A DNA stretch of 64,000 bases, taken from the sequence record PZ154897.1, one strand, 5' to 3'. The notes beneath the pieces were generated by a model. That model made no database searches. It saw nothing but the letters and a program-made list of their open reading frames with translations, and was not told the DNA's origin. Below, piece after piece: positions 21,599-33,006 of this stretch. The DNA is from a phage. Position numbers and translations under genes: made by a program. The number at the start of each line of letters is the position of its first letter. Positions within the stretch are counted from its first letter, which is position 1.

Positions 21599-24500
21599 AT
21601 GGCCGAGATTAAAAGAAAGTTCAGAGCAGAAGACGGTCTGGACGCAGGTGGCGATAAAATAATCAACGTAGCTTTAGCTGATCGTACCGTAGGAACTGAC
21701 GGTGTTAACGTTGATTACCTAATTCAAGAAAACACAGTTCAACAATACGATCCAACTCGTGGATATTTAAAAGATTTTGTAATCATTTATGATAACCGCT
21801 TTTGGGCTGCTATAAATGATATTCCAAAACCGGCAGGAACTTTTAATAGTGGACGCTGGAGAGCATTGCGTACTGATGCTAACTGGATTACAGTTTCATC
21901 GGGTTCATATCAATTAAAATCTGGTGAAGCTATTTCGGTTAACACTGCAGCCGGTAATGATATTACATTTACTTTACCATCTACCCCAATTGATGGTGAT
22001 ACTATCGTTCTCCAAGACATTGGAGGAAAACCTGGAGTTAACCAAGTTTTAATTGTAGCTCCAGTGCAAAGTATTGTAAACTTCAGAGGTCAGCAAGTAC
22101 GTTCAGTACTAATGACTCATCCAAAATCACAGTTGGTTTTAATTTTTAGTAATCGTCTGTGGCAAATGTATGTTGCTGATTATAGTAGAGAAGCTGTAGT
22201 TGTAACACCAGCGAATACTTATCAAGCGCAATCTAACGATTTTATCGTACGTAGATTTACTTCTGCTGCACCGATTAATATTAAACTTCCGAGATTTGCC
22301 AATCACGGCGATATTATTAATTTCGTCGATTTGGATAAATTAAACCCTCTTTATCATACAATTGTTACTACATACGATGAAACTACTTCAATACAAGAAG
22401 ATGGAACTCATTCTATTGAAGGACGTACATCTATTGATGGTTTCTTGATGTATGACGATAATGAAAAATTGTGGAGATTGTTTGACGGGGACAGTAAAGC
22501 ACGTTTACGTATTATAACAACTAATTCAAATATTCGTCCAAATGAAGAAGTTATGGTATTTGGTGCGAATAATGGAACAACTCAAACAATTGAGCTTCAG
22601 CTTCCAACTAATATTTCTGTTGGTGATACTGTTAAAATTTCCATGAATTACATGCGAAAAGGCCAAACAGTTAAAATCAAAGCTGCCGGTGAAGATAAAA
22701 TTGCTTCTTCAGTTCAATTGCTGCAATTCCCAAAACGTTCAGAATATCCGCCTGAAGCTGAATGGGTAACTGTTCAAGAATTAGTTTTTAACGGTGAAAC
22801 TAATTATGTTCCAGTTTTACAACTTGCTTATATAGAAGATTCTGACGGAAAATACTGGGTTGTACAACAAAACGTTCCAACTGTAGAAAGAGTTGATTCT
22901 TTAAATGATTCTACTAGAGCAAGATTAGGCGTGATTGCTTTAGCTACACAAGCGCAAGCTAATGTCGATTTAGAAAATTCTCCACAAAAAGAATTAGCAA
23001 TTACTCCAGAAACATTAGCTAACCGTACTGCTACAGAAACTCGTAGAGGTATCGCAAGAATAGCAACTACTGCTCAAGTGAATCAGAACACCACATTCTC
23101 TTTTGCTGATGATATTATCATCACTCCTAAAAAGCTGAATGAAAGAACTGCTACAGAAACTCGTAGAGGTGTTGCTGAAATTGCTACGCAACAGGAAACT
23201 AATGCAGGTACTGATGATACTACAATCATCACTCCTAAAAAGCTTCAAGCTCGACAAGGTTCTGAATCATTATCTGGTATTGTAACATTTGTATCTACTG
23301 CAGGAGCTACTCCAGCTTCTAGTCGTGAATTAAATGGTACAAACGTTTATAATAAAAACACTAATAATTTAGTTGTTTCGCCTAAAGCTCTGGATCAGTA
23401 TAAAGCTACTCCAACACAACAAGGTGCAGTAATTTTAGCAGTTGAAAGTGAAGTAATTGCTGGACAAAGCCAAGAAGGATGGGCAAATGCGGTTGTAACG
23501 CCAGAAACGTTACATAAAAAGACATCAACTGATGGAAGAATTGGTTTAATTGAAATTGCTACGCAAAGTGAAGTTAATACAGGAACTGATTATACTCGTG
23601 CAGTCACTCCTAAAACTTTAAATGACCGTATAGCAACTGAAAGTTTAAGTGGTATAGCTGAAATTGCTACACAAGTTGAATTCGACGCAGGCGTCGACGA
23701 TACTCGTATCTCTACACCATTAAAAATTAAAACTAGATTTAATAGTACTGATCGTACTTCTGTTGTTGCTCTATCTGGATTAGTTGAATCAGGAACTCTC
23801 TGGGACCATTATACCCTTAATATTCTTGAAGCAAATGAGACACAACGTGGTACACTTCGTGTAGCTACACAAGTTGAAGCTTCTGCAGGAACATTGGATA
23901 ATGTTTTGATAACTCCTAAAAAGCTTTTAGGTACTAAATCTACTGAAGCACAGGAAGGTGTTATTAAAGTTGCAACTCAGTCTGAAACTGTGACTGGAAC
24001 GTCAGCAAATACTGCTGTATCTCCAAAAAATTTAAAATGGATTGCGCAGAGTGAACCTACTTGGGCAGCTACTACTGCGATAAGAGGCTTTGTTAAAACT
24101 TCATCTGGTTCAATTACATTTGTTGGTAATGATACAGCTGGTTCTACGCAGGACTTAGAGTTATATGAGAAAAATAGCTATGCAGTATCACCATATGAAT
24201 TAAACCGTGTATTAGCAAATTATTTGCCATTAAAAGCAAAAGCCGCTGACACAAATTTATTGGATGGTCTAGATTCATCCCAGTTCATTCGTAGGGATAT
24301 TGCACAGACGGTTAATGGTTCACTAACCTTAACCCAACAAACGAATCTGAGTGCCCCTCTTGTATCATCTAGTACTGCTACGTTTGGCGGATCAGTTTCG
24401 GCAAACAGCACATTAACTATTTCTAATACTGGAACGGCAACTCGTCTGATATTTGAGAAAGGACCTCAAACTGGAACTAACCCAGCGCAGACGATGACTA

Positions 24501-25468
24501 TCAGAGTTTGGGGAAATCAGTTTGGTGGCGGTTCAGATACAACACGTTCTACTGTATTTGAAGTTGGTGATGAAACGTCTAATCACTTTTATTCTCAACG
24601 TAATAAAGCTGGGAATATAACGTTTAGTATCAATGGTACTGTGATGCCGATAAATGTCAATGCTTCGGGTTCTTTGAACGCGAACGGTGTTGCAACATTT
24701 GGTAGTTCAGTTACTGCTAATGGTGAATTCATCAGCAAGTCTGCAAATGCTTTCAGAGCAATAAACGGTGATTACGGATTCTTTATTCGCAACGATGCTG
24801 CTAACACCTATTTTATGCTTACTGCATCGGGTGATCAGACTGGCGGATTTAATGGATTACGTCCTTTAGCTATTAACAATGCATCCGGTCAAGTAACGAT
24901 TGGTGAAAGCTTAATCATTGCCAAAGGTGCTACTATAAATTCAGGTGGTTTAACTGTTAACTCGAGAATTCGTTCTCAGGGCACTAAAACATCTGACTTA
25001 TATACCCGTGCGCCAACATCTGATACTGTAGGATTCTGGTCAATTGACATTAATGATTCAGCTACTTATAACCAGTTCCCAGGTTATTTTAAAATGGTTG
25101 AAAAAACTAATGAAGTGACTGGGCTTCCGTACTTAGAACGTGGCGAAGAAGTTAAATCTCCTGGTACATTAACTCAGTTTGGTAACACACTTGATTCGCT
25201 TTACCAAGATTGGATTACTTATCCAACGACTCCAGAAGCACGTACCACTCGCTGGACACGTACATGGCAGAAAACCAAAAATTCTTGGTCGAGTTTTGTT
25301 CAGGTATTTGATGGAGGTAACCCTCCTCAACCATCTGATATCGGTGCTTTACCATCTGATAATGCTACAATGGGGAATCTTACTATTCGTGATTTCTTAC
25401 GAATTGGTAATGTTCGTATTATTCCTGACCCAGTGAATAAAACGGTTAAATTTGAATGGGTTGAATAA
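21599..25468 (+). CDS. 34: long tail fiber proximal subunit gp34 (1289 aa)
   Basis: same length as T4 gp34; internal ATETRRG...TPKKL repeats. Confidence 0.97.
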   Translation: MAEIKRKFRAEDGLDAGGDKIINVALADRTVGTDGVNVDYLIQENTVQQYDPTRGYLKDFVIIYDNRFWAAINDIPKPAGTFNSGRWRALRTDANWITVSSGSYQLKSGEAISVNTAAGNDITFTLPSTPIDGDTIVLQDIGGKPGVNQVLIVAPVQSIVNFRGQQVRSVLMTHPKSQLVLIFSNRLWQMYVADYSREAVVVTPANTYQAQSNDFIVRRFTSAAPINIKLPRFANHGDIINFVDLDKLNPLYHTIVTTYDETTSIQEDGTHSIEGRTSIDGFLMYDDNEKLWRLFDGDSKARLRIITTNSNIRPNEEVMVFGANNGTTQTIELQLPTNISVGDTVKISMNYMRKGQTVKIKAAGEDKIASSVQLLQFPKRSEYPPEAEWVTVQELVFNGETNYVPVLQLAYIEDSDGKYWVVQQNVPTVERVDSLNDSTRARLGVIALATQAQANVDLENSPQKELAITPETLANRTATETRRGIARIATTAQVNQNTTFSFADDIIITPKKLNERTATETRRGVAEIATQQETNAGTDDTTIITPKKLQARQGSESLSGIVTFVSTAGATPASSRELNGTNVYNKNTNNLVVSPKALDQYKATPTQQGAVILAVESEVIAGQSQEGWANAVVTPETLHKKTSTDGRIGLIEIATQSEVNTGTDYTRAVTPKTLNDRIATESLSGIAEIATQVEFDAGVDDTRISTPLKIKTRFNSTDRTSVVALSGLVESGTLWDHYTLNILEANETQRGTLRVATQVEASAGTLDNVLITPKKLLGTKSTEAQEGVIKVATQSETVTGTSANTAVSPKNLKWIAQSEPTWAATTAIRGFVKTSSGSITFVGNDTAGSTQDLELYEKNSYAVSPYELNRVLANYLPLKAKAADTNLLDGLDSSQFIRRDIAQTVNGSLTLTQQTNLSAPLVSSSTATFGGSVSANSTLTISNTGTATRLIFEKGPQTGTNPAQTMTIRVWGNQFGGGSDTTRSTVFEVGDETSNHFYSQRNKAGNITFSINGTVMPINVNASGSLNANGVATFGSSVTANGEFISKSANAFRAINGDYGFFIRNDAANTYFMLTASGDQTGGFNGLRPLAINNASGQVTIGESLIIAKGATINSGGLTVNSRIRSQGTKTSDLYTRAPTSDTVGFWSIDINDSATYNQFPGYFKMVEKTNEVTGLPYLERGEEVKSPGTLTQFGNTLDSLYQDWITYPTTPEARTTRWTRTWQKTKNSWSSFVQVFDGGNPPQPSDIGALPSDNATMGNLTIRDFLRIGNVRIIPDPVNKTVKFEWVE

Positions 25469-25476
25469 GAGGTATT

Positions 25477-26592
25477 ATGGAAAAATTTATGGCAGAGTTT
25501 GGACAAGGATATGTCCAAACGCCATTTTTATCGGAAAGTAATTCAGTAAGATATAAAATAAGTATAGCGGGTTCTTGCCCGCTTTCTACTGCAGGACCAT
25601 ACGTTAAATTTCAAGATAATCCTGTTGGAAGTCAAACATTTAGCGCAGGTCTTCATTTAAGAGTTTTTGACCCTTCCACCGGAGCATTAGTTGATAGTAA
25701 GTCATATGCTTTTTCTACTTCAAATGATACTACATCAGCTGCTTTTGTTAGTTTCATGAATTCTTTGACGAATAACAGACTTGTTGCTATATTAACTAGC
25801 GGAAAGGTTAATTTTCCTCCTGAAGTAGTATCTTGGCTAAGAACCGCAGGAACGTCTGCTTTTCCATCTGATTCTATATTGTCAAGATTTGACGTATCAT
25901 ATGCTGCTTTTTACACTTCTTCTAAAAGAGCTATTGCATTAGAGCATGTTAAATTAAGTAATAGAAAAAGCACAGACGACTATCAAACTATTTTAGATGT
26001 TGTATTTGACAGTTTAGAAGATGTTGGAGCTACCGGCTTTCCAAGAAGAACATATGAAAGCACCGAGCAATTTATGTCAGCAGTCGGTGGAACTAATAAT
26101 GAAATTGCGCGATTGCCAACTTCAGCTGCTATAAGTAAACTCTCTGATTATAATTTAATTCCTGGTGATGTTCTTTATCTTAAAGCTCAGTTATATGCTG
26201 ATGCCGATTTACTTGCTCTTGGAACTACAAATATATCTATCCGTTTTTATAATGCATCGAATGGATATATTTCTTCAACACAAGCTGAGTTTACCGGGCA
26301 AGCTGGGTCTTGGGAATTAAAAGAAGATTATGTAGTTGTTCCAGAAAACGCTGTGGGATTTACGATATACGCACAAAGAACAGCACAAGCTGGTCAAGGT
26401 GGCATGAGAAATTTAAGCTTTTCTGAAGTGTCAAGAAATGGAGGTATTTCGAAACCCGCTGAATTTGGCGTCAATGGCATTCGTGTTAATTATATCTGTG
26501 AATCTGCTTCACCTCCGGATATAATGGTACTTCCTACACAAGCATCGTCTAAAACTGGTAAAGTGTTTGGGCAAGAATTTAGAGAAGTATAA
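25477..26592 (+). CDS. 35: long tail fiber hinge connector gp35 (371 aa)
   Basis: begins MEKFMAEFGQGYVQTPFLSESNSVRYK. Confidence 0.95.
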   Translation: MEKFMAEFGQGYVQTPFLSESNSVRYKISIAGSCPLSTAGPYVKFQDNPVGSQTFSAGLHLRVFDPSTGALVDSKSYAFSTSNDTTSAAFVSFMNSLTNNRLVAILTSGKVNFPPEVVSWLRTAGTSAFPSDSILSRFDVSYAAFYTSSKRAIALEHVKLSNRKSTDDYQTILDVVFDSLEDVGATGFPRRTYESTEQFMSAVGGTNNEIARLPTSAAISKLSDYNLIPGDVLYLKAQLYADADLLALGTTNISIRFYNASNGYISSTQAEFTGQAGSWELKEDYVVVPENAVGFTIYAQRTAQAGQGGMRNLSFSEVSRNGGISKPAEFGVNGIRVNYICESASPPDIMVLPTQASSKTGKVFGQEFREV

Positions 26593-26598
26593 ATTGAG

Positions 26599-26625
26599 GG
26601 AGCCTTCGGGTTCCCTTTTTCTTTA
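26599..26625 (+). terminator. rho-independent terminator after gene 35 (GGGAGCC-UUCG-GGUUCCC + U-tract)
   Basis: hairpin followed by TTTTTCTTT, immediately before the gene 36 late promoter. Confidence 0.65.
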
Positions 26626-26631
26626 TAAATA
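26624..26631 (+). promoter_or_regulatory. late promoter TATAAATA for gene 36
   Basis: exact TATAAATA 24 nt upstream of gene 36 ATG. Confidence 0.8.
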
Positions 26632-26654
26632 CTATTAAAATAAAGGGGCATACA

Positions 26655-27317
26655 ATGGCTGATTTAAAAGTAGGTTCAACAACTGGAGGCTCTGTCATTT
26701 GGCATCAAGGAAATTTTCCATTGAATCCAGCCGGTGACGATGTACTCTATAAATCATTTAAAATATATTCAGAATATAATAAACCACAAGCTGTTGATAA
26801 CGATTTCGTTTCTAAAGCTAATGGTGGTACTTACGCCGCGACTGTTCGATTTAATGGAGGCGTACATGTTCCTACTATAGGTAGTAGTCAACAGTGTGGC
26901 GTTTATCCAGGCAACGGTGATGCAGCTACTTTTGCTATGGCAAATATTGACATCGTTTCGTGGAATGGTATCGGTTTTAAATCATCACAAGGTTCAGCAG
27001 ACCGAACTGTTGTAATTAATGCACGTAATGGTGATATTAGTACAAAAGGCGTTGTGACAGCAGTAGGTCAAATAAGAAGTAATGCAGTTTCTCCTGTATC
27101 AGCAAATGACCTTACTAGAAAGGACTACGTTGATGGAGCAATAAATACTGTTACGGCAAATGCGAACTCTAGAGTGTTACGATCTGGCGACACTATGACG
27201 GGTAACTTAACCGCACCAAACTTTTTCTCGCAGAATCCTGCATCTCAACCTTCACACGTTCCACGATTTGACCAAATCGTAATTAAGGATTCTGTTCAAG
27301 ATTTCGGCTATTATTAA
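26655..27317 (+). CDS. 36: long tail fiber distal connector gp36 (220 aa)
   Basis: size and position; N-terminus [23 protein letters not shown]. Confidence 0.9.
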   Translation: MADLKVGSTTGGSVIWHQGNFPLNPAGDDVLYKSFKIYSEYNKPQAVDNDFVSKANGGTYAATVRFNGGVHVPTIGSSQQCGVYPGNGDAATFAMANIDIVSWNGIGFKSSQGSADRTVVINARNGDISTKGVVTAVGQIRSNAVSPVSANDLTRKDYVDGAINTVTANANSRVLRSGDTMTGNLTAPNFFSQNPASQPSHVPRFDQIVIKDSVQDFGYY

Positions 27318-27325
27318 GAGGACTT

Positions 27326-30300
27326 ATGGCTACTTTAAAACAAATACAATTTAAAAGAAGCAAAACCGCAGGTGCACGTCCTGCTGCTTCAGTATTAGCC
27401 GAAGGTGAATTGGCTATAAACTTAAAAGATAGAACAATTTTTACTAAAGACGATTCAGGAAATATCATTGATTTAAGCATTTCTGCTGGCGGTAATATCA
27501 GTGGAAATATCACTCAAACTGGTGATTATACACAGACTGGAAAATTTAATTTAATTGGTCCGCAAATTGTAGCAAGCGGTGGATATATTGAGTTTAATTA
27601 TCGTACTACTGGAAGTGGGTCTTGGGCCGGTCAACACACCGCAAAAGCTCCAATTTTTGTAGATTTAAGCTCAGCTACTTCCACATCTGAATATAATCCT
27701 ATAATTAAACAACGCTTTAAAGATGGAACTTTTTCATTAGGTACTTTAGTTTCTGAAGGTTCGTTGAAGATTCATTATATCAATGAATCTGGCGATTCGA
27801 AATATTGGACGTTTCGACGTGATGGCGGATTTACTGTTGACGGCGGAGGTTTAGCAGTATCAGGAGGTAGTATAACTACATCTGGAAATATTGCAGCTCT
27901 CGGAAATATTACTTCACCTCAGATTAATACTAAAAATATTATTTTAGATACAAAAGCATTCGGACAATACGATTCGCAGTCATTAGTTCAATATGTTTAT
28001 CCTGGAACAGGCGAAGAAAATGGTATAAACTATCTTCGTAAAGTTCGAGCTAAATCAGGTGGAACTATTTACCATGAAATTGCTTCTGCGCAGACTGGTA
28101 AGAATGATGAAATTTCTTGGTGGACTGGAAATTCGCTTACTACTAAATTAATGGGTCTTCGTAATGATGGCGCAATGGTATTACGTCGTTCACTTGCTAT
28201 TGGCACAATTACCACTGATGAAAATACTAACAACTATGGTTCTCCTACTCCAATGGGAGAAAGATATATTGCTTTGGGTGATGCTGCAACTGGTTTAAAA
28301 TATATTAAGCAAGGCGTTTATGATTTAGTAGGTAATTGGAATTCTGTTGCTTCTATTACTCCTGATAGTTTCCGTAGTACTCGTAAAGCATTATTTGGAC
28401 GTTCAGAAGACCAAGGCGGAACCTGGACAATGCCTGGAACGAACGCTGCTCTCTTGTCTGTTCAAACCCAGGCAGATGTGAATAACGCAGGCGATGGTCA
28501 AACCCACATTGGATATAATTCTGGCGGTAAATTTTCCCATTATTTCCGCGGTAAAGGCCAAACCAACATTAATACGCAGGAAGGTATGGAAATTAACCCT
28601 GGTATTTTGAAATTGGTAACTGGCTCTAATAACGTACAGTTTTATGCTAACGGAACGGTATCTTCAATACAAAGAATTAAATTTGATAACGGAGTAATTC
28701 TTACTGGTGCTAGACCTGACGGTATTCAACTTGACGCTCCTACATCAGCAGATGGCACTAAAACTATACTGTGGGCTGGTGGTACTCGCGCAGGTCAGAA
28801 TAAAAGTTATGTATCTATTAAAGCATGGGGTAATTCATTTAACGCATCTGGCGATCGTGCTCGTGAAACAGTTTTTGAAGTGGCTGACGGGCAGGGATAT
28901 TATTTTTATGCACAACGCACTACTCCTGCATCAGGTCAAACAGTAGGTCCGGTTAACTTTAAATTTAACGGAACTGTCGAAACAGGCCATATCATAGGCC
29001 TTGGAAATATAAGTGCCTCCGGTACAGGTTCTTTTGGTGGCAATGTTACCATGTCTAATGGTTTGTTTGTCCAAGGTGGTTCTTCTATTACTGGGCAAGT
29101 TAAAATCGGCGGAACATCAGATGCATTAAGAATTTGGAATGCTGAATATGGCGCAATTTTCCGTCGTTCTGAAGATAAGTTTTATATTATTCCAACCCCA
29201 CAGAATGCGGGTGAATCAGGTGGCATTTCTAATTTACGTCCGTTCTATATTACATTAAGTAATGGTAAAGTTTCCATGGATCATGATGTAGATATCGGTG
29301 GCGGTAGATTTAAAGTAGAAGTGGCTGGAACAACATCAGGGCAACGTATTACAGTTAATATGGCATCAGATGCTATTAGACTAAATGCTCCAACGCAAGA
29401 GTCTTCTAACTTCATCCAAGGACGTAAAGCAGATGTTCCGAAATGGTATTTAGGTATTGGCGATGGCGGCAACGTCGTTCGTATGCACAGTTACACCTAC
29501 TCCCACGGTATTGCATTAAACTCTGATACGGTTGATATAGCTAAACCTCTTAGAATAGGTTCAGCTCAATTAGGTACTGATGGTAATATTACTGGCGGTT
29601 CTGGTAATTTTGCTAACTTGAATACCACAATAAATAACCTTAAGACGGATATTGTCTCAAGTTATCCAATTGGTGCTCCGATTCCTTGGCCTACTGATAC
29701 ACCTCCTGAAGGTTATGCCATCATGGAAGGTCAAACATTTGATGCCAACTTGTATCCTAAGTTAGCTGCGGTGTATCCTTCCGGCGCTCTGCCTGATATG
29801 CGTGGTCAAACTATCAAGGGTAAACCATCCGGGCGTGCTGTATTAAGTACAGAAGCAGACGGTGTTAAGTCACATAGCCATAGTGCAAGTGCATCAAACA
29901 CAGATTTGGGTACTAAGACCACTTCTAGTTTTGATTACGGCAGCAAAACGACTTCAAGCTTTGATTATGGTACTAAGACCAGTAATACCACTGGCAACCA
30001 TAACCATACAGTGAGTGGTAATACTGGTTCCGCTGGTGCTCACCAACATGCGCGTTCAGGCCCTCAGATGCAAGGCGGCATACCCACTAGCATATTCTAT
30101 GATGGATACAATAGTGCGGGTCCAAACGGCAACGCTAAAATCACTGGAACCGTGAGCGGTGCTACTGCATCGTCGAATATGGCCAAAACTTCTTCAGACG
30201 GTGCCCACACCCATAGTTGGTCTGGTACTACTAGCGCTACTGGTAACCATGCTCATACTGTGGGTATTGGTGCTCATACACACACTGTAGGCATTGGTGC

Positions 30301-30418
30301 TCATACTCACACGGTAGCTATTGGTTCCCATGGACATACAATAACTGTAAATGCCACAGGAAATACAGAAAACACAGTTAAAAACGTTGCTTTTAACTAT
30401 ATCGTTCGTTTAGCATAA
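27326..30418 (+). CDS. 37: long tail fiber distal subunit gp37 (1030 aa), receptor-binding
   Basis: C-terminal His-rich HxH repeats ([16 protein letters not shown]...) typical of T4 gp37. Confidence 0.95.
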   Translation: MATLKQIQFKRSKTAGARPAASVLAEGELAINLKDRTIFTKDDSGNIIDLSISAGGNISGNITQTGDYTQTGKFNLIGPQIVASGGYIEFNYRTTGSGSWAGQHTAKAPIFVDLSSATSTSEYNPIIKQRFKDGTFSLGTLVSEGSLKIHYINESGDSKYWTFRRDGGFTVDGGGLAVSGGSITTSGNIAALGNITSPQINTKNIILDTKAFGQYDSQSLVQYVYPGTGEENGINYLRKVRAKSGGTIYHEIASAQTGKNDEISWWTGNSLTTKLMGLRNDGAMVLRRSLAIGTITTDENTNNYGSPTPMGERYIALGDAATGLKYIKQGVYDLVGNWNSVASITPDSFRSTRKALFGRSEDQGGTWTMPGTNAALLSVQTQADVNNAGDGQTHIGYNSGGKFSHYFRGKGQTNINTQEGMEINPGILKLVTGSNNVQFYANGTVSSIQRIKFDNGVILTGARPDGIQLDAPTSADGTKTILWAGGTRAGQNKSYVSIKAWGNSFNASGDRARETVFEVADGQGYYFYAQRTTPASGQTVGPVNFKFNGTVETGHIIGLGNISASGTGSFGGNVTMSNGLFVQGGSSITGQVKIGGTSDALRIWNAEYGAIFRRSEDKFYIIPTPQNAGESGGISNLRPFYITLSNGKVSMDHDVDIGGGRFKVEVAGTTSGQRITVNMASDAIRLNAPTQESSNFIQGRKADVPKWYLGIGDGGNVVRMHSYTYSHGIALNSDTVDIAKPLRIGSAQLGTDGNITGGSGNFANLNTTINNLKTDIVSSYPIGAPIPWPTDTPPEGYAIMEGQTFDANLYPKLAAVYPSGALPDMRGQTIKGKPSGRAVLSTEADGVKSHSHSASASNTDLGTKTTSSFDYGSKTTSSFDYGTKTSNTTGNHNHTVSGNTGSAGAHQHARSGPQMQGGIPTSIFYDGYNSAGPNGNAKITGTVSGATASSNMAKTSSDGAHTHSWSGTTSATGNHAHTVGIGAHTHTVGIGAHTHTVAIGSHGHTITVNATGNTENTVKNVAFNYIVRLA

Positions 30419-30423
30419 GGAGA

Positions 30424-30443
30424 AGGGACTTCTGTCCCTTTTT
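30424..30443 (+). terminator. terminator-like hairpin after gene 37 (AGGGAC-UUCU-GUCCCU + U-tract)
   Basis: stem-loop followed by TTTTT. Confidence 0.5.
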
Positions 30444-30448
30444 ATAAT

Positions 30449-31000
30449 ATGAAACTCTATCACTATTATTTTGACACTAAAGAATTTTACAAAGAAGAAA
30501 ATTATAAACCATTAAAAGGCGTAGGATTTCCGGCTCATTCGACACCAAAAAAACCTTTAGACCCTAAAGAAGGCTATGCTGTTATATTTGACGAACGCGA
30601 ACAAGAATGGGTTTATGTTGAAGACCATCGTGGAAAAACAGTATGGACATATGATAAGCAAAAAATTGTTATTGACACTCCAGGTGCTCTTCAAAATGTT
30701 ACTACAGAAGAACCTGGTGAATTTGACATTTGGACCGGCGACGGGTGGAAGGAAGATGAAGCATATAAACGCGTAGTTCAACGTGATAAGAAAATTCATG
30801 AACTCTATAAATTATTCAGTGTTTTAAGTTCTCTTATTGACGCAGAGGTTGCTAATAGAGAAGAAAAACGAAAATTTAAAGAGCTCAAAAAATTCTTTGC
30901 CCTTTTAGAAAAACATGAACATCTTGGCGGCGAATTCCCTAAATTCCCTGACCTTGAAAACAAATCTATTTTCAAAGCGATTATAAATATCTTTAAGTAA
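30449..31000 (+). CDS. 38: gp38 tail-fiber assembly chaperone, T4 type (183 aa)
   Basis: 183 aa like T4 gp38; directly downstream of 37. Confidence 0.85.
   Translation: MKLYHYYFDTKEFYKEENYKPLKGVGFPAHSTPKKPLDPKEGYAVIFDEREQEWVYVEDHRGKTVWTYDKQKIVIDTPGALQNVTTEEPGEFDIWTGDGWKEDEAYKRVVQRDKKIHELYKLFSVLSSLIDAEVANREEKRKFKELKKFFALLEKHEHLGGEFPKFPDLENKSIFKAIINIFK
30982..30989 (+). promoter_or_regulatory. late promoter TATAAATA for holin gene t
   Basis: exact TATAAATA 21 nt upstream of t ATG, inside 3' end of gene 38. Confidence 0.75.
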
Positions 31001-31009
31001 GGAGGTATT

Positions 31010-31669
31010 ATGGCAACACCAAAAGTATCATTTTCGCCTAGTGATATTCTATTTGGGTTGCTAGATCGTATTTTCAAAGATAACGCTACTGGAAAGGTTT
31101 TAATGTCACGAGTAGCGGTAATTATTCTTTTGTTCCTAATGGCACTAATATGGTACAAAGGAAGTATTTTGCTGGATTATTATGTAAGAGCTAAGTATGA
31201 TACTTATACTGAAATAATCCAAAAAGAACGAGCTTTACGTTTTGAATCTGCGGCTCTAGAACAACTGCAAATAGTTCATATCTCATCTGGTGCAGATTTT
31301 AGTGCTGTGTATTCTTTCAGACCTAAAAACTTAAATTATTTCGTCGACCTTATAGCTTATGAAGGCAAACTACCTAGCACAATTTCTGAAAAGTCCCTTG
31401 GTGGATTCCCAGTGGATAAAACGGCTAATGAATATATGGTTCATTTAAGTGGCCGTCATTTCTCATCTAAATCAGAATTTGCATTTTTGCCTACAAAATC
31501 TAAGACTGCCGAACTTTCTTATATGTATAGTTGTCCATACTTTAATTTGGATAACATCTACGCTGGAACTGTGACGATGTATTGGTATAAGGGGAGTAAT
31601 ATACTTGAGGAAGATCGCTTAGCGGCTATATGCAACCAAGCGATCCGAATACTAGGAAGGGCTAAATAA
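31010..31669 (+). CDS. t: holin T (219 aa)
   Basis: MATPKVSFSPSDILFGLLDRIFKDNATGKV..., single TM then large periplasmic domain; matches T4 holin. Confidence 0.95.
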   Translation: MATPKVSFSPSDILFGLLDRIFKDNATGKVLMSRVAVIILLFLMALIWYKGSILLDYYVRAKYDTYTEIIQKERALRFESAALEQLQIVHISSGADFSAVYSFRPKNLNYFVDLIAYEGKLPSTISEKSLGGFPVDKTANEYMVHLSGRHFSSKSEFAFLPTKSKTAELSYMYSCPYFNLDNIYAGTVTMYWYKGSNILEEDRLAAICNQAIRILGRAK

Positions 31670-31942
31670 TTAGTTGTTAGAATACATCGCTAAATGACGA
31701 TAAATATTTTCAAAACCTTCATTGAATTCACTAATCAGTGTTTTCTTTTCTTCGGCAGTTAAATTTGTAATTAGTTTTCTGAACGAATTCTGATTTAGCT
31801 GCCGACCATCTTTTTTAATTCCAATCTCATTCAAGAATCCGATGAAACTTGCTCGGTCTTCAACAATATCTTCCCTAGAGAATTTAATCAAAATAGAAGC
31901 AATAGTAATAATTTCACGTACGATTTCAATGTCTTTATTCAT
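31670..31942 (-). CDS. asiA: anti-sigma70 factor AsiA (90 aa)
   Basis: MNKDIEIVREIITIASILIKFSREDIVE...; 90 aa. Confidence 0.95.
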   Translation of the reverse strand: MNKDIEIVREIITIASILIKFSREDIVEDRASFIGFLNEIGIKKDGRQLNQNSFRKLITNLTAEEKKTLISEFNEGFENIYRHLAMYSNN

Positions 31943-31971
31943 AACGTTTTATTCATTCCACTTAGTTGATA

Positions 31972-32008
31972 TGGATATAGTACCATTATCAGTGTTGATT
32001 GTAAACGG
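31972..32008 (-). promoter_or_regulatory. T4-type early promoter for asiA
   Basis: revcomp of 32001-32006 is GTTTAC; extended -10 TGGTACTAT. Confidence 0.6.
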
Positions 32009-32150
32009 CTTTTTCTACGCTTTTAACGTAATCAATGTAGTCTTCCTGTTCGTACGAGTGTAAGGCTAAGAATGAGGCCAATAGTTCATTATAGACTAAA
32101 GCCTCACGCTCACGTTCGGCCTCTACTACGTTCTGAAGATTATGACTCAT
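31989..32150 (-). CDS. hypothetical small protein (start uncertain; ORF track extends to 32204)
   Basis: ORF whose 3' end overlaps the asiA promoter. Confidence 0.3.
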   Translation of the reverse strand: MSHNLQNVVEAEREREALVYNELLASFLALHSYEQEDYIDYVKSVEKAVYNQH

Positions 32151-32439
32151 ATTGTTCCTTATAACTATCAATATAGTCCTGTATGTCGAAGAATGACATT
32201 TCATATTCTAGGACATTAAGAGCCCGTTCTTCAGTATAGTCAGAACCAAAGACGATAGTGATTTCACCAGGCTTCATATGATTGAAATCGACACTAAAAG
32301 GAATACGAGAACATACTTCGTCTGCCATATCTACGATAACACTACGACACACTTCTCGGTTAACCTGATAAAGCTCTGCAAGTTCTTCACATCGAATAAC
32401 AAGTTCAGTGGCAGGATTTTCTTTGATTTTAGTAAGCAT
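32140..32439 (-). CDS. acidic protein (99 aa), Arn-like candidate
   Basis: strongly acidic, position near asiA where T4 encodes Arn; no sequence-level confirmation. Confidence 0.35.
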   Translation of the reverse strand: MLTKIKENPATELVIRCEELAELYQVNREVCRSVIVDMADEVCSRIPFSVDFNHMKPGEITIVFGSDYTEERALNVLEYEMSFFDIQDYIDSYKEQYES

Positions 32440-32513
32440 AGTCTTTACCCTTATGTTTTTGTTTGCGTTTAGATTGAAGTTCTGATTTCTTCTTGTCCTT
32501 ATGGACAGAAGCC

Positions 32514-32741
32514 TTATTGAAATCGTGTTTTGCTACAAGATTGTTCATAATGATTTATAACCTCGTTTAAACATTTACTAGTGAAAGAAAACTTTTTAGC
32601 CACAGAACATTCGATAATGTGCTCTTTCAAATCTTTAGAGTCGGTATAACCCATCTCAGTAATAAAGTGGCGAATTAAAGCTTTATTCTTATCATTAACA
32701 GAATTAAAATAATCTGCTTTAGAATCAATTATTCTCATCAT
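32514..32741 (-). CDS. hypothetical protein (75 aa)
   Basis: ORF in array. Confidence 0.4.
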   Translation of the reverse strand: MMRIIDSKADYFNSVNDKNKALIRHFITEMGYTDSKDLKEHIIECSVAKKFSFTSKCLNEVINHYEQSCSKTRFQ

Positions 32742-33006
32742 CTAATTTCCTTAATTGATATTGCAACGAGCTAATAATTTCTTCGTTCATTTTAATATAC
32801 ATGTCGCGCAAGAAAGGTTTTAACCCATCACGAATAATTGCTAACGTATCACCTTTACATAAATTAACCAAATAAGGATGGTCTAAAGCATCCCAACCAG
32901 GCTGATTAGCATACATACCATAGTTTTCTTCCATCATATGATTAAGACGTTTGATATCTTGGATACGTGATTCAATAGCATCTTTCTGGAGTTGTTTAAT
33001 ATTCAT
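32725..33006 (-). CDS. hypothetical protein (93 aa)
   Basis: ORF in array. Confidence 0.4.
   Translation of the reverse strand: MNIKQLQKDAIESRIQDIKRLNHMMEENYGMYANQPGWDALDHPYLVNLCKGDTLAIIRDGLKPFLRDMYIKMNEEIISSLQYQLRKLDDENN

Noticed and set aside
23015-24411. Minus-strand ORFs inside gene 34 (23015-23257, 24220-24411) and inside gene 37 (29281-29472)
   Set aside because: Embedded antisense in long, well-supported tail-fiber genes.
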